This document shows, one piece after another, positions 1 to 9,946 of a DNA stretch of 28,991 nucleotides. A program made the position numbers and the translations under genes. The notes beneath the pieces were generated by a model that was not told the DNA's origin, searched no databases, and saw only the letters and a list, made by a program, of their open reading frames with translations. Numbering within the stretch: position 1 is the first letter of the stretch; the number at the start of each line of letters is the position of its first letter. Source of the DNA: Methanomicrobiales archaeon (GTDB lineage: Archaea; Halobacteriota; Methanomicrobia; Methanomicrobiales; Methanospirillaceae); NCBI GenBank assembly GCA_037137755.1, contig JBAXJR010000030.1, forward strand, positions 1 to 28,991, read 5' to 3'.

Positions 1-995
1 AGGAGGAATGTGAAACCCCCGACAAGGGCAATCATATAGCCTGGTGTTGTTCCCTGGAGGACCGGTGCGAACCGTACCATCACGTACACACCTGCTTTCA
101 CCATTGTACTTGAATGCAGGAGTGCCGATACCGGGGTCGGGGCAACCATTGCGCCGACCAGCCATGACGAGAACGGGAACTGTGCGGATTTGGTAATACC
201 TGCGAAACTGATAAGGACCGCCGGAACCAGGGCAATAATCCCTCCTGTTGCGATCAGCTTGTCAAGCTCCATGCCCCCGCCGGTTGATGCGAGCCAGATC
301 AGTGCGCCTGCAAATGCCAGTCCCCCGAGGAGATTCATGTTCAGGGCGAGGAATGAGTTTTTAATTGCTTCATCCGTCCGGGTATAGCCAATCAGGAGGA
401 ATGACGATAATGTCGTAACCTCCCAGAAGAAGAAGAGCCATGCAAGGTTGTTCGCGAACACCAGGCCGAACATTGCGGCGAGGAAGACGAACATAATAAA
501 GAAAAACGTCCGTCTCCTGTCTTTGTGTTCGGGGTGATGGTGATGGAAGTCCTTCATGTAACTTACTGCGTACACGCAGATGAGGCTCCCGATGATCCCT
601 ATTATCAGGGCCATGATGATGGAGAACTGGTCCACGAAGAAATTGTTCTCCGGAACGGCACCGTGACTGATTCCGAACTCAAAGTACACCATCATTGCCG
701 ACTGAATAAGTGTTAGGGCAATTGCGATGTTGTTCTTGTACCTGACTCCCATATACAGGATGAAAATCGCTATTCCCATTCCAATCAGGAACATCAATTC
801 TCCCAATGGTTCAGGTGAAACGGGGAAAAACACCGTTCCACTCGTTGCATACGCTGCAAGCAGCCATACCGATACCGCTGCAATAAGCAGTGCTGATACC
901 CCCACCACTGCACTCCTCATGTTATCTGCTTTGATAAGAAGGAGAACGATCGCCGCGATAAAGGGGAATAGAATAAGGAAAAATACCAGGTCCAC
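1..995 (-). CDS. echA: Ech hydrogenase subunit A / NuoL-like antiporter-type membrane subunit (5' part; runs off the left edge)
   Basis: Absent from the ORF track because it has no stop in the window. Manual translation from GTG at 995: MDLVFFLILFPFIAAIVLLL...FFFWEVTTLSSFLLIGY...TKSAQFPFSSWLVGAMVAPTPVSALLHSSTMVKAGVY, the NuoL/MrpA/EchA signature. Confidence 0.85.
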   Translation of the reverse strand, partial: MDLVFFLILFPFIAAIVLLLIKADNMRSAVVGVSALLIAAVSVWLLAAYATSGTVFFPVSPEPLGELMFLIGMGIAIFILYMGVRYKNNIAIALTLIQSAMMVYFEFGISHGAVPENNFFVDQFSIIMALIIGIIGSLICVYAVSYMKDFHHHHPEHKDRRRTFFFIMFVFLAAMFGLVFANNLAWLFFFWEVTTLSSFLLIGYTRTDEAIKNSFLALNMNLLGGLAFAGALIWLASTGGGMELDKLIATGGIIALVPAVLISFAGITKSAQFPFSSWLVGAMVAPTPVSALLHSSTMVKAGVYVMVRFAPVLQGTTPGYMIALVGGFTFL

Positions 996-1157
996 CCAAA
1001 ATCCCTCTAATAATTTGTTCGACATTTATCATTATTAATCATCCTAAATTATTTTTCCCCGGTACCCCTGTTTGAGATAGCAGGACCTGGGCGCCGGTTG
1101 CTCCCTAACCCATCCTTCCCGAAAGTATCATCATACTGGCAGTGTTGAGTATCTGTT

Positions 1158-1856
1158 GTGAATGTGCTGGTGCTCAGGAATAACCTGCATGAGGGGCCGG
1201 GAATTCTCACCCGTATCCTTGATAACCGTGAAATTTCATATGACCTTATTGATTTTGAAAGCAGGGAATCTGTGCCTTCCCTCTCCGCTTATTCAGCAGT
1301 ATTCATGCTGGGGGGGCCTGAAAGTGCGAATGACCAGACGAAAAAAATGCAGGACGCAATAACTCTTGTGCGGACAATTATTCGGTCAGAAGTCCCTTAT
1401 TTTGGAATATGCCTCGGTATGCAGGTACTTGTCAAAGCTGCCGGGGGTCAGGTCATCAGGTGTGTGAAGAATGAAGTGGGATGGAGAGATCCAGGCAACG
1501 AATTTTATTGTATCCATCTGAATGATCCAGGCAGGGATGACCCGCTTTTTGCCGGGATTTCTGAAAATATCCCCGTATTCCAGCTCCATGGTGAGATGGC
1601 AGAACCCTCTGCCGGGGGGGAAGTGCTCGCATACGCTTATGAATGCCCTGTTCAGGTAGTGAAAGAGGGGAAACTCGCCTACGGCTTCCAGTGCCATATC
1701 GAAATGGATGATCTGCTGCTGCAGACCCTCATCAGGGAAGACCCCCTGCTGTCATCGATGGATAGTATGAAAATTTTGTCAGATTTCCATGCGATCCGGG
1801 AGGAATATACCGCGAATGGAACGATGATCCTTTCAAATTTCCTTGATGCGATCTAG
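1158..1856 (+). CDS. Class I glutamine amidotransferase (GMP synthase GATase-like)
   Basis: GICLGMQ nucleophile elbow, MLGGPES, FQLHGE and FQCHIE (Cys-His-Glu triad). Confidence 0.88.
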   Translation: MNVLVLRNNLHEGPGILTRILDNREISYDLIDFESRESVPSLSAYSAVFMLGGPESANDQTKKMQDAITLVRTIIRSEVPYFGICLGMQVLVKAAGGQVIRCVKNEVGWRDPGNEFYCIHLNDPGRDDPLFAGISENIPVFQLHGEMAEPSAGGEVLAYAYECPVQVVKEGKLAYGFQCHIEMDDLLLQTLIREDPLLSSMDSMKILSDFHAIREEYTANGTMILSNFLDAI

Positions 1857-2115
1857 GACGAACAATCTTCCGGGTGATCTAATCCTGTCGGTAACCCCCC
1901 TAAATTTCCAGGCTTAAAACAGCTAATGGAAAATTTTCCTGGATTTCCCTGTACCAAATACTTCCAAATACCCTGATAATTGGAATATTATTGAATTTGA
2001 GGGCAGATATTAAGGTAAATCCTATGACCTTGTTACCCTGGGCCATCTGGTGGTTTGTGACGAGGAGCGATACGCTCTTATGATTGACGAAATAGTATTA
2101 ATCAGGGAGTCTACC

Positions 2116-2562
2116 ATGCTCGATTACATCAGGAAATTCGAGAAAATAATGTATGTGGCGCTGATTATCCTTCTCGGCGGGGTAGTCATCTTTTCAATTG
2201 TTGAACTCCTATGGCTCCTATGGGCGGCTTTGGCTGATGTATCGCCGTTTCGTCTGGCCCAGGATGAATTACTCGGTATTTTTGGGTTCTTCCTGCTTGT
2301 CGTGATTGGTATAGAGCTTCTCGATACCCTGAAAGCATATCTCCGTGAAAATGTCATTCACGTGGAGATAGTCATCCTTGTCGCGGTCATCGCAATCGCC
2401 CGGAAAGTGATCATTCTCGACCCATCTTTTTCAGAGGCTTCAGCCGTTTCAGAAGGGATAATGATGGCCGGGATGGGGGTCATAATAGTCGGCCTTGGTA
2501 TCGCATATTACCTGATAAAAAAGGCAAATACAATTTCCACAGAGGTGCAGGATCACTCTTAA
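2116..2562 (+). CDS. Phosphate-starvation-inducible PsiE family membrane protein
   Basis: Four hydrophobic segments with IGIELLDT...VAVIAIARKVIILD. Start moved to ATG 2116, downstream of GGGAG. Confidence 0.82.
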   Translation: MLDYIRKFEKIMYVALIILLGGVVIFSIVELLWLLWAALADVSPFRLAQDELLGIFGFFLLVVIGIELLDTLKAYLRENVIHVEIVILVAVIAIARKVIILDPSFSEASAVSEGIMMAGMGVIIVGLGIAYYLIKKANTISTEVQDHS

Positions 2563-2607
2563 CAGAAAGCGCAGGATATCTGGCTATTCTTCTATAGACC
2601 TGATTAT

Positions 2608-2629
2608 TTTTTCCAGATCGCTGGAAAAA
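2608..2629. terminator. Possible bidirectional terminator hairpin
   Basis: TTTTTCCAG-ATCG-CTGGAAAAA is a perfect 9-bp inverted repeat between the convergent psiE-like and M23 genes. Confidence 0.45.
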
Positions 2630-2732
2630 GTGGTATCGTCTCGGTAATTCTTCTTATAGCAGATCGGGGTATCACCGGACACATCGCCGGAAGTCTATCC
2701 CATATGATGCCTGCCTCCTCTTGTGAGTGTTT

Positions 2733-3293
2733 TCACTCATCGTAATTTTTTATACCATGGATTGCATCCCGCAGGTATGGTCCCGGATCAAGGAGTCCTT
2801 CCGGACGTCCATCCCCAAACCAGTTACCACCACTATAAGCCCGCATATATCCCGGTCTCAACCGGTACACTTCAAAATGCAGCATAGATACATGGCCATC
2901 CTGTTTAAGCCGCTGGACATAGTGTGGTGAACAGCCGTCCACGAGATGCGCCCTGATCACGGTCCCGATATGTCCGATTACCTGTCCCTCAAGTACCCGG
3001 TCGCCAATATGGACTAAAATGTCTGCAAACTCAGCATACCTGCAATAGAGGTTGGAACGTGTTTTAACAAGGACATACCTTGTGGTGTCCCAGTAACTGA
3101 CCTGTTCAGGTGACGTCGCGATACCAACGTCGATCACCTCCCCGGTTTCGCAGGCAAGAACCTCGCTCATGGCCGGTGCGTAAATATCCACGCCACAGTG
3201 GAACCGGTCTCCCCGGTCCTCCCAGAAAGAGCCTGGTTTACCCTCCCCGGGGACCCCCGCGGACTCGCTTCCCGGGACTGGCCATGTCGTCAT
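2733..3293 (-). CDS. M23 family metallopeptidase-like protein (divergent)
   Basis: HCGVD (HxxxD), GDRVLEGQVIGHIG, LHFEV and DPGPYL are typical of the M23 fold. Confidence 0.78.
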   Translation of the reverse strand: MTTWPVPGSESAGVPGEGKPGSFWEDRGDRFHCGVDIYAPAMSEVLACETGEVIDVGIATSPEQVSYWDTTRYVLVKTRSNLYCRYAEFADILVHIGDRVLEGQVIGHIGTVIRAHLVDGCSPHYVQRLKQDGHVSMLHFEVYRLRPGYMRAYSGGNWFGDGRPEGLLDPGPYLRDAIHGIKNYDE

Positions 3294-3433
3294 AATAGAA
3301 CAGTAGCTTTTCTCCTCATTATCATTTATGCCGGAACATCGGGGATTATGGGCAGGCCCCGGCCGTGACCTGGAGGGCCTGGTGTATATTTCGAACGAAG
3401 TCCTTATTATCCACGGGTATAAGATTCTGTCAT

Positions 3434-4681
3434 ATGCCGATCACCTGCATCTCGGTAACCAATTTTAAGAGTTTCCGCGAGATGTCGTTCCATCCGGATT
3501 CGTTGACCATTATCATAGGTTCAAATGCCTCGGGAAAATCAAACCTTATCCAGGTATTTATTTTTCTCCGGGATATTGCAAAATATGGCATCGGTAATGC
3601 CATTTCGCTCCAGGGGGGTGTCGATTACCTGCGAAATACGGTTATCGGCCCTGCAGAGGAGTTGTCTTTTAAAATCGAATACACCCTGGAGGAGAGAAAA
3701 AGGGAGGTAATCGGGGTAAGGGACCACGCACCGGTATATTTTGAGCCCACCAACCTGATGTATGAATTCTCCATACGGTTCACGGATACCCAGGCTGGAT
3801 ACGAAGTCCCAATGGACCGGCTCCGGATTACCGGGGAGTTTTTCGGACCAGCAACCCCGGAACAGAAAATCGGGGCAGGATGTATGAAATTATCCCTTGT
3901 CGACGGAGAGATCCGGTATGATCTCGTCCCTCCTCCGGGATTTGTCGTCCTTGATGAAGACCTGTTTCCCCACCTCTTCCAGAAACAGGAAAATCCCGTT
4001 ACCCGCCTGATTGCCAATATCCCCATGAATGTACCGGGTATACCACCCCTTGAATGGATATTCCGCGGGATCAAAATATACGACTTCGATCCCCGGCTCC
4101 TCAAGAAAGCGGCCCCGATGCTTGGTAAAACAGAGCTCGAGAAGGACGGGAGCAACCTTGCCATCGTTGTCAAGGGCATTACCGAAGACCCTGGACGGAA
4201 AAAGGCGTTCCTCAATCTTATCCGGGATATGCTGCCGTTTGTGGACGATATTGCGGTTGAAAAATTTCTCGACATGTCACTTTTTATGAAGGTTAAGGAA
4301 ATTTACAGCGGGAAGTATATTCCGGCCTCGATGATCTCGGATGGAACAATTAACATCGCAGCGCTGATTGTTGCGCTTTTCTTTGAAGAGAGGCCCGTGA
4401 CAATTATTGAGGAACCGGAAAGAAACATTCACCCTGCCCTGATCTCAAAACTCGTCGCTATACTTAAGGATGCCTCGCAAAGAAAACAGATCATTGTAAC
4501 CACGCACAACCCGGAGATGGTAAAACACGTCGATATCGAAGATATTACCTTAATCACAAGAGACCGCAATGGATTTTCCCACCTGTCTAAGCCGGTCGAC
4601 AAACAGGAGGTCAGGACGTTCCTCGAACACGAGATCGGCATCGATGAACTTTTTATCCAGGATCTCCTGGGCCTCGAATGA
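3434..4681 (+). CDS. ABC-type ATPase (AAA_21/AAA_15, OLD/AriA-like)
   Basis: Starts at ATG 3434 (MPITCISVTNFKSF). Walker A GSNASGKS, signature SDGT, Walker B IIEEPE, H-loop TTHN. Confidence 0.88.
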   Translation: MPITCISVTNFKSFREMSFHPDSLTIIIGSNASGKSNLIQVFIFLRDIAKYGIGNAISLQGGVDYLRNTVIGPAEELSFKIEYTLEERKREVIGVRDHAPVYFEPTNLMYEFSIRFTDTQAGYEVPMDRLRITGEFFGPATPEQKIGAGCMKLSLVDGEIRYDLVPPPGFVVLDEDLFPHLFQKQENPVTRLIANIPMNVPGIPPLEWIFRGIKIYDFDPRLLKKAAPMLGKTELEKDGSNLAIVVKGITEDPGRKKAFLNLIRDMLPFVDDIAVEKFLDMSLFMKVKEIYSGKYIPASMISDGTINIAALIVALFFEERPVTIIEEPERNIHPALISKLVAILKDASQRKQIIVTTHNPEMVKHVDIEDITLITRDRNGFSHLSKPVDKQEVRTFLEHEIGIDELFIQDLLGLE

Positions 4682-4688
4682 GGGTATA

Positions 4689-5354
4689 ATGGCAGCAAGG
4701 CGCTTGTTTATTTTTGTTGAGGGCAGCGACGATGTAAGGTTCTTTGAGACCATAATAAAACCCCGGTTTGAGCGTATATTTGAGTCCGTTGAGTTGATCA
4801 CCTTCGCCTGTACAAAATCTGTCAAGGTAGATCGGTTCATCCGGGGCATCAACGCGATGCACCATAGTTACATCATTGTCACCGACATCGACTTTGAAAA
4901 GAGTGTTCCTGCAAAAAAAAGTATTATTCTCTCAAGGTTTTCCGAGGCCGATTACCAGCATATCATGGTGATAATCCAGGAGATTGAGAGCTGGTACCTT
5001 GCCGGAATCGATGATAACGGGGCAAAAGCCCTCGGGATCCACGTCCCTGCGCGTACTGACTTTGTGACAAAAGAGCACTTTATCGGGTGGATCCCACGTT
5101 ATTACCCCTCGAAAATCGTTTTTATGATCGAAGTCCTGAAACATTTCTCACTGAGTGTCGCTGTCGAAAAGAACAGGTCGTTCCGGTTCTTTATTGAGCA
5201 CTACGTGATCGCGAATCCTGTCGATGCGGGATTGCCTGAAGAAACGGGTGTTAGTTTGACGGAAACTGGACCTGGTAATGGTGTGGGATTTCCTGGTGAT
5301 GACCCCGGCGATGGTACTACACCCCCGGCACCAGGTGGTAACAGGAATAAGTAA
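4689..5354 (+). CDS. TOPRIM-like protein (DUF4276/DUF4435-like), probable partner of the ATPase
   Basis: ATG 4689 is 7 nt after the ATPase stop. FVEGSDD, IVTDID (DxD) and QEIESWYL motifs; low-complexity G/P/T tail. Confidence 0.7.
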   Translation: MAARRLFIFVEGSDDVRFFETIIKPRFERIFESVELITFACTKSVKVDRFIRGINAMHHSYIIVTDIDFEKSVPAKKSIILSRFSEADYQHIMVIIQEIESWYLAGIDDNGAKALGIHVPARTDFVTKEHFIGWIPRYYPSKIVFMIEVLKHFSLSVAVEKNRSFRFFIEHYVIANPVDAGLPEETGVSLTETGPGNGVGFPGDDPGDGTTPPAPGGNRNK

Positions 5355-5556
5355 TGGTTTCCCCGCCTGTAATCTTCGATCCATTCCAGTCCTTGCACTA
5401 TCCCGGGAAAAACCAAAAATTAACCTGTTTTCATTGTTGCCGGATGAGCTTTCATGGTGACTCCTGCTGATTGAAACCCCGCCCTCTCTCTGGCTCCGCG
5501 AATCAGATGTAAAAGACTTATCTTTGGTGCCGTTCTACGTATCATCAGGTGCTTTA

Positions 5557-6063
5557 GTGCAGGTATCGATGAAGCTTGAGATGAAGGACTCGCCGGGACA
5601 GCTCGTCTCGGCCCTGCAGCCCATTTCTGAGGTAGGAGGCAATATCATCGCGGTCATTCACCAGCGTGACCTCTCATCCCGTGAAGATACGCTTGGGGTG
5701 CAGATCGTACTGGAGATCACCGAATCCCGGCTTACCGATCTGGTCTCGATGATAAAAGAGCGGGGTGTGAGTATCCTCCGAATCGGGAAAGACCGCCTCC
5801 TGTACAAACAGACCGTGATCATGATTGGCCATCTCATGCATACCGACCTTTCAGATACTGTTGACCGTATTGACTGTACCGGGTTTGCTGAAGTGACGGC
5901 CCTTGACCTTGCAATGCCTGCGATCAATGAACCCTCTTCTGCACGCCTTACTATCAAGTCAGTCTCAAAAAAGGATATGGACTCTGCACTCGATATCCTT
6001 CGTGAGGTCGCCAGGACCAAAAAATTGCTTATTATTGAGCCGCTTGAGGGGGAACTCGTATGA
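5557..6063 (+). CDS. ACT-domain amino-acid-binding protein (probable allosteric partner of homoserine dehydrogenase)
   Basis: KDSPGQLVSALQPISEVGGNI ACT motif; overlaps hom by ATGA. Start could be GTG 5557 (GGTG upstream) or ATG 5569. Confidence 0.82.
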   Translation: MQVSMKLEMKDSPGQLVSALQPISEVGGNIIAVIHQRDLSSREDTLGVQIVLEITESRLTDLVSMIKERGVSILRIGKDRLLYKQTVIMIGHLMHTDLSDTVDRIDCTGFAEVTALDLAMPAINEPSSARLTIKSVSKKDMDSALDILREVARTKKLLIIEPLEGELV

Positions 6064-7046
6064 CAATCAGGGTCGCAGTCCTCGGTCTTGGCTCAGTAGG
6101 AAAAGGTGTCCTTGAGATGATAGCCAGGAAGGACCTGGATATTATCGTAACCGGCGTGGCAGACTCTAAAAGCGGGTTGATTGATCCGAAAGGCCTGGAT
6201 ATCGGGGTGGTCCTTTCGGCAAAAAAGATGGGCCCTTGTGGGAATCCATCCATCTCTGCAAACGATGTGGTTTCGCGTGCAGAGTATGATGTCCTTGTTG
6301 AGGTCACCCCTACTGATGCCGGCAGCGGGGAACCAGCCCTCACCTACATGAAAATTGCAATTATGCGGGGGAAGCATATTGTTACATCCAATAAAGGGCC
6401 AATATCCAGGAACCTGAAAGAACTGAAGGAGCTTGCGGGAGAGAAGGGTGTGCTTGTCCGTTACGAGGCAACTGTCGGGGGAGCCATCCCAATTATGCAT
6501 ACCCTTGGTAACGGACTTGCCGGAAACGAATTCCAGGCGTTGTACGGTGTACTGAACGGTACCTGCAACTATATCCTCACACGGATGGCCGCAGAAGGGC
6601 TCACCTATGAACAGGCCCTTGCCGAGGCGCGTGAACTTGGCTACGCCGAGGCCGATCCAACGTATGATGTGAAAGGGATCGATGCTGCAATCAAGCTGGT
6701 CATTCTCGCGAATACCATATGGAATAATGGTGCGTCTCTTGACCGGGTGGATATCACCGGGATCGATCTTCTTACCACTGATGCACTACGGCTTGCAGAA
6801 GAGAAAGACTGCACGATACGGCTGATTGCAGAGGCATTTCCTGGAAGGGGAGTACTCCGTGTTTCACCACGGATTATCAGAAAGGACCATCCACTCGTGT
6901 TCGAAGGTACCTTAAACGCGATTACCCTTGAGACGGACATGGCCGGGGAGATTACCCTGATCGGAAAAGGTGCCGGGTCGATAGAGACTGCAAGTGCAAT
7001 AATCGGGGATATCCTGTTTATTTCATCCCATGTACGGAGTAATTGA
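6060..7046 (+). CDS. hom: Homoserine dehydrogenase
   Basis: GLGSVG Rossmann motif, VTSNKGP, YEATVGGAIP, GVLNGTCNYIL, GYAEADPTYDVKGIDAAIK. Confidence 0.96.
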   Translation: MTIRVAVLGLGSVGKGVLEMIARKDLDIIVTGVADSKSGLIDPKGLDIGVVLSAKKMGPCGNPSISANDVVSRAEYDVLVEVTPTDAGSGEPALTYMKIAIMRGKHIVTSNKGPISRNLKELKELAGEKGVLVRYEATVGGAIPIMHTLGNGLAGNEFQALYGVLNGTCNYILTRMAAEGLTYEQALAEARELGYAEADPTYDVKGIDAAIKLVILANTIWNNGASLDRVDITGIDLLTTDALRLAEEKDCTIRLIAEAFPGRGVLRVSPRIIRKDHPLVFEGTLNAITLETDMAGEITLIGKGAGSIETASAIIGDILFISSHVRSN

Positions 7047-8151
7047 GCGACGAAGACAGTACCTGCACCTGATGCGGCAGGTCACCCTCGAACAGGGCTA
7101 TTTTACCGTAACCAACATACAGAAGGCGGCGGAGGTGCCGAGGAGCACGGCACAGGACTGGGTCAACCGCCTTGTTTCTGAAGGGTGTGTGGTGGTGAAG
7201 GAACGGAAGCAGGGCCGTATCCCTGCCCGGTATGCAGCGGTCAGCGCGGTTCCCTCCTCTGCATGCCGCAGGATTTTTACCACGGTTGACGGTGAATGGG
7301 TAGAGATCTACCATGAATGTATGAGTGGTGCATGTGCTGCATTTTGCGGGTATCATCACCGGATGGCAGGGGGTGCGCTCAACCACGTCCGGAGGGATGG
7401 TACATTACTCAGGGAATGCGCAAAACTGGGTCGGAAGGAGATAACTATCGGGGCGTACCCGTCTCCTGCTGTAGGGGTAACCGGGGTTCGCAGGGAGGGC
7501 GACATGGTAGTACAGGAGATCCGGTGCATCGGCGGACCCGCCTATTCCCTGACTGATATGATGTCAGGTGCAAAAGGAGTCACGCGTGTTAAAGTCGGAA
7601 GAAAAGGGGGTGTTGTTGAAGGGGAAGTCTATACGCGAGCCCTTACCCATGTGATCATCGGAATCGACGATACCGACAGCCCGGAAGGGGGTGCAACATT
7701 TGCCCTTGCCCTTGCTCTCCTCCAGCATATCGCGGGGATGGAGGGGCTGATTCCTATCGGGCACCATGTTGCGATGCTGTACCCGGCACTTCCCGGGAAG
7801 ACGGCCGGTAATTCGTGTAGTTTCATCGATGTTGCCGCTGAACCTAGGGTGATAGACCAGGTAAAAAACCGGGTGTATAAATTTGTCAATGATGAGGCCC
7901 TTTCTCACGAATGGGGGGTCGCTATCAGGACCGGGTTCCGTATACCCCCTGAACTCAGGGAGTATGGAAGGCTGGCGCGCTCCGGGATAGTCAGCCTCGA
8001 ATTTGCGGGCCATATTGCCCGTGATAACGATGTCCTCATCTATGGTGGCCAGGGCGTAATTGGTGCCCTCGCAGCGGTTTCGCTCTGGGGGCTTGACAAC
8101 GCCGTGTTATTGAATGTTGATTCCGTTATCCCGGGTACCGTCACGCCTTAA
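7030..8151 (+). CDS. N-terminal wHTH fused to a methanogenesis marker 11 / TiaS N-terminal-like domain
   Basis: HTH-like VPRSTAQDWVNRLVSEG; Cys/His cluster HECMSGACAAFCGYHH; IIGIDDTDSPEGGAT, ...KTAGNS and GQGVIGALAA resemble TiaS/Mmp11. Confidence 0.65.
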   Translation: MYGVIERRRQYLHLMRQVTLEQGYFTVTNIQKAAEVPRSTAQDWVNRLVSEGCVVVKERKQGRIPARYAAVSAVPSSACRRIFTTVDGEWVEIYHECMSGACAAFCGYHHRMAGGALNHVRRDGTLLRECAKLGRKEITIGAYPSPAVGVTGVRREGDMVVQEIRCIGGPAYSLTDMMSGAKGVTRVKVGRKGGVVEGEVYTRALTHVIIGIDDTDSPEGGATFALALALLQHIAGMEGLIPIGHHVAMLYPALPGKTAGNSCSFIDVAAEPRVIDQVKNRVYKFVNDEALSHEWGVAIRTGFRIPPELREYGRLARSGIVSLEFAGHIARDNDVLIYGGQGVIGALAAVSLWGLDNAVLLNVDSVIPGTVTP

Positions 8152-8314
8152 GGTGACGCCATTTACCTATTACCTCCCCATTCCAGCCGGTTCCGCCAAG
8201 GCGGGGCAGAATCCGGGAGGGTGGGTAAATGTTGGAATAATCCAATCTGCAAGATAGGTTTCAGATGATGTCATCATAGCCATAAAAAGATTATAATTAT
8301 CCGGAAAACTGGCA

Positions 8315-9157
8315 TCAGGGTCTTATGATCTCGAGGCTGACATCAAAATTCCGGACTGAATGTGTAAGGGCACCGATACTGATCACGTCAACACCCGGGA
8401 TTGCGTAATTTTTGATTGAATCCTCGCTAATAGTTCCTGAAACCTCAATAACTCTGCCAGATCGCAGGTTCCTGGAATTCAGTTCCCCGAGAGTACGTAC
8501 AACTATCTCCGGCGTCATGTTATCCAGCATGATAATATCTGCCCCCGCCTCTGCTGCGGTGACTGCGGAATCTGGGTCCTCTACTTCCACCTCGATTTTC
8601 CTGTAGTGCGACCTTGCTTTTGCAGAGGCTATTGAACCAGGAAGTGACACGAGGACAAGGTGGTTGTCTTTGATAAGGACCCCGTCTGACAGGGAATTCC
8701 GGTGGGGGTCCCCGCCACCAAGCATAACTGCTTTCTTATCGAGCAACCGCATGCCAGGCGAGGTTTTCCTGGTTGCAGCCACCCGGCAGTTACTGCCCAG
8801 GGACCGGATCTGGTCCATGCAGGATTTTGTTTTTGTTGCGATGCCGCTCATCCTGCCAATGATATTCAACGCGGTCCTTTCGACCAGAAGGATGCCTGAT
8901 GCGTCCCCCTTAAGCGAGAGGACGAACTCGCCCCGTTTTACTGGGGCTCCATCAGGGCATACCTGTGTGACCTGCACACCGAAATGTGTAAAAAGGCGCT
9001 CCGCCTCAGAAAGACCGCAAATAATCCCCTCTTCCTTTGCGATGATCATGGCCTTGCAACAGGTATCCGGTGGGATTATTGCATCAGTTGTGATATCTCC
9101 GGATGGCGCGTCTTCTTCAACAAAAGAAAGGAGATATTCAAGGGGTACTTCGGTCAT
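8315..9157 (-). CDS. nadC: Nicotinate-nucleotide pyrophosphorylase (carboxylating)
   Basis: GDITT, ERTALN, MSGIAT, ATRKT, HRNSLSDGVLIKDNH, IEVEV, IMLDNM, SIGALTHS. Confidence 0.96.
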   Translation of the reverse strand: MTEVPLEYLLSFVEEDAPSGDITTDAIIPPDTCCKAMIIAKEEGIICGLSEAERLFTHFGVQVTQVCPDGAPVKRGEFVLSLKGDASGILLVERTALNIIGRMSGIATKTKSCMDQIRSLGSNCRVAATRKTSPGMRLLDKKAVMLGGGDPHRNSLSDGVLIKDNHLVLVSLPGSIASAKARSHYRKIEVEVEDPDSAVTAAEAGADIIMLDNMTPEIVVRTLGELNSRNLRSGRVIEVSGTISEDSIKNYAIPGVDVISIGALTHSVRNFDVSLEIIRP

Positions 9158-9187
9158 GTTACTATTCCGTTCATTTTCGCAGGAAGG

Positions 9188-9946
9188 TCAGGTCCCGATA
9201 ACAAGAGGATTTTCCAGGTTCCGGAGCAGTGTCAGTATGGACAGCGCTGCAAGATAGCTGGTCGCCGCATTGTCCGGGCTCGGCACATTCCTGACTTTAA
9301 TATAGGCGTCCCCGAATTCACCCTCTACAAAGATCTCATGGATATTACGGTCCACATCAGGGTCTACCCAGAGTTCAACATCTGCATCGGTTCCCGCTGC
9401 GAGGCCGAGGGCCACCGAGACATTGACATTCTTTGGAAATTCCTTGATGCATTCGTTTGATTTACCAGAGAACAGGAGTTTTCTTTCGCTGGCCTGTAAA
9501 CCGAGTGATTCCGGGCTCTTTGTTGTCCGGAGCAGTAACCGGTTAATCCCTGAGATCTGCCCTGCCTTAATATTATCAAGGCCCATTATCGCACCGCTCG
9601 GGATATAGATCTTCCTGTGGTTTTTATTCGCTGTATCGGTGAGCAATGCGAGAAATGATTTATCTGACAGTGCACCTACACTCATGATTACCAGGTCTTT
9701 GTTGTGGTTCAGGACCCGCTCTCCAAAGAGCCGGACTGCCTTTACTGATGCTGCTTCAACGACAATATCAAAATCGCTCGTGATAAATGCCTCAAAATCA
9801 GTATATGCGACCCCCCCGCAGATATCAGCCAGCTCACGGGATTTCTCGGGAACTATATCGAATACTGCATGGATCTCAAACTTATCCTGGTATTTTGCAA
9901 TGATATGTCCGATGTTTCCACAGCCGATTAACCCGATCCTGATCAT
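9188..9946 (-). CDS. nadX: L-aspartate dehydrogenase
   Basis: GCGNIG, VEAAS, SVGAL, PSGAIMGLD, FPKNVNV, NIHEI, SPDNAATSYLAALS; directly upstream of nadC. Confidence 0.93.
   Translation of the reverse strand: MIRIGLIGCGNIGHIIAKYQDKFEIHAVFDIVPEKSRELADICGGVAYTDFEAFITSDFDIVVEAASVKAVRLFGERVLNHNKDLVIMSVGALSDKSFLALLTDTANKNHRKIYIPSGAIMGLDNIKAGQISGINRLLLRTTKSPESLGLQASERKLLFSGKSNECIKEFPKNVNVSVALGLAAGTDADVELWVDPDVDRNIHEIFVEGEFGDAYIKVRNVPSPDNAATSYLAALSILTLLRNLENPLVIGT

Noticed and set aside
190-1038. Plus-strand ORFs 190-387, 525-716 and 727-1038
   Set aside because: Shadows of the minus-strand echA-like gene.
8315-9946. Missing nadA beside nadX-nadC as a sign of a novel pathway
   Set aside because: nadA can lie elsewhere in the genome; absence from one window is not evidence.
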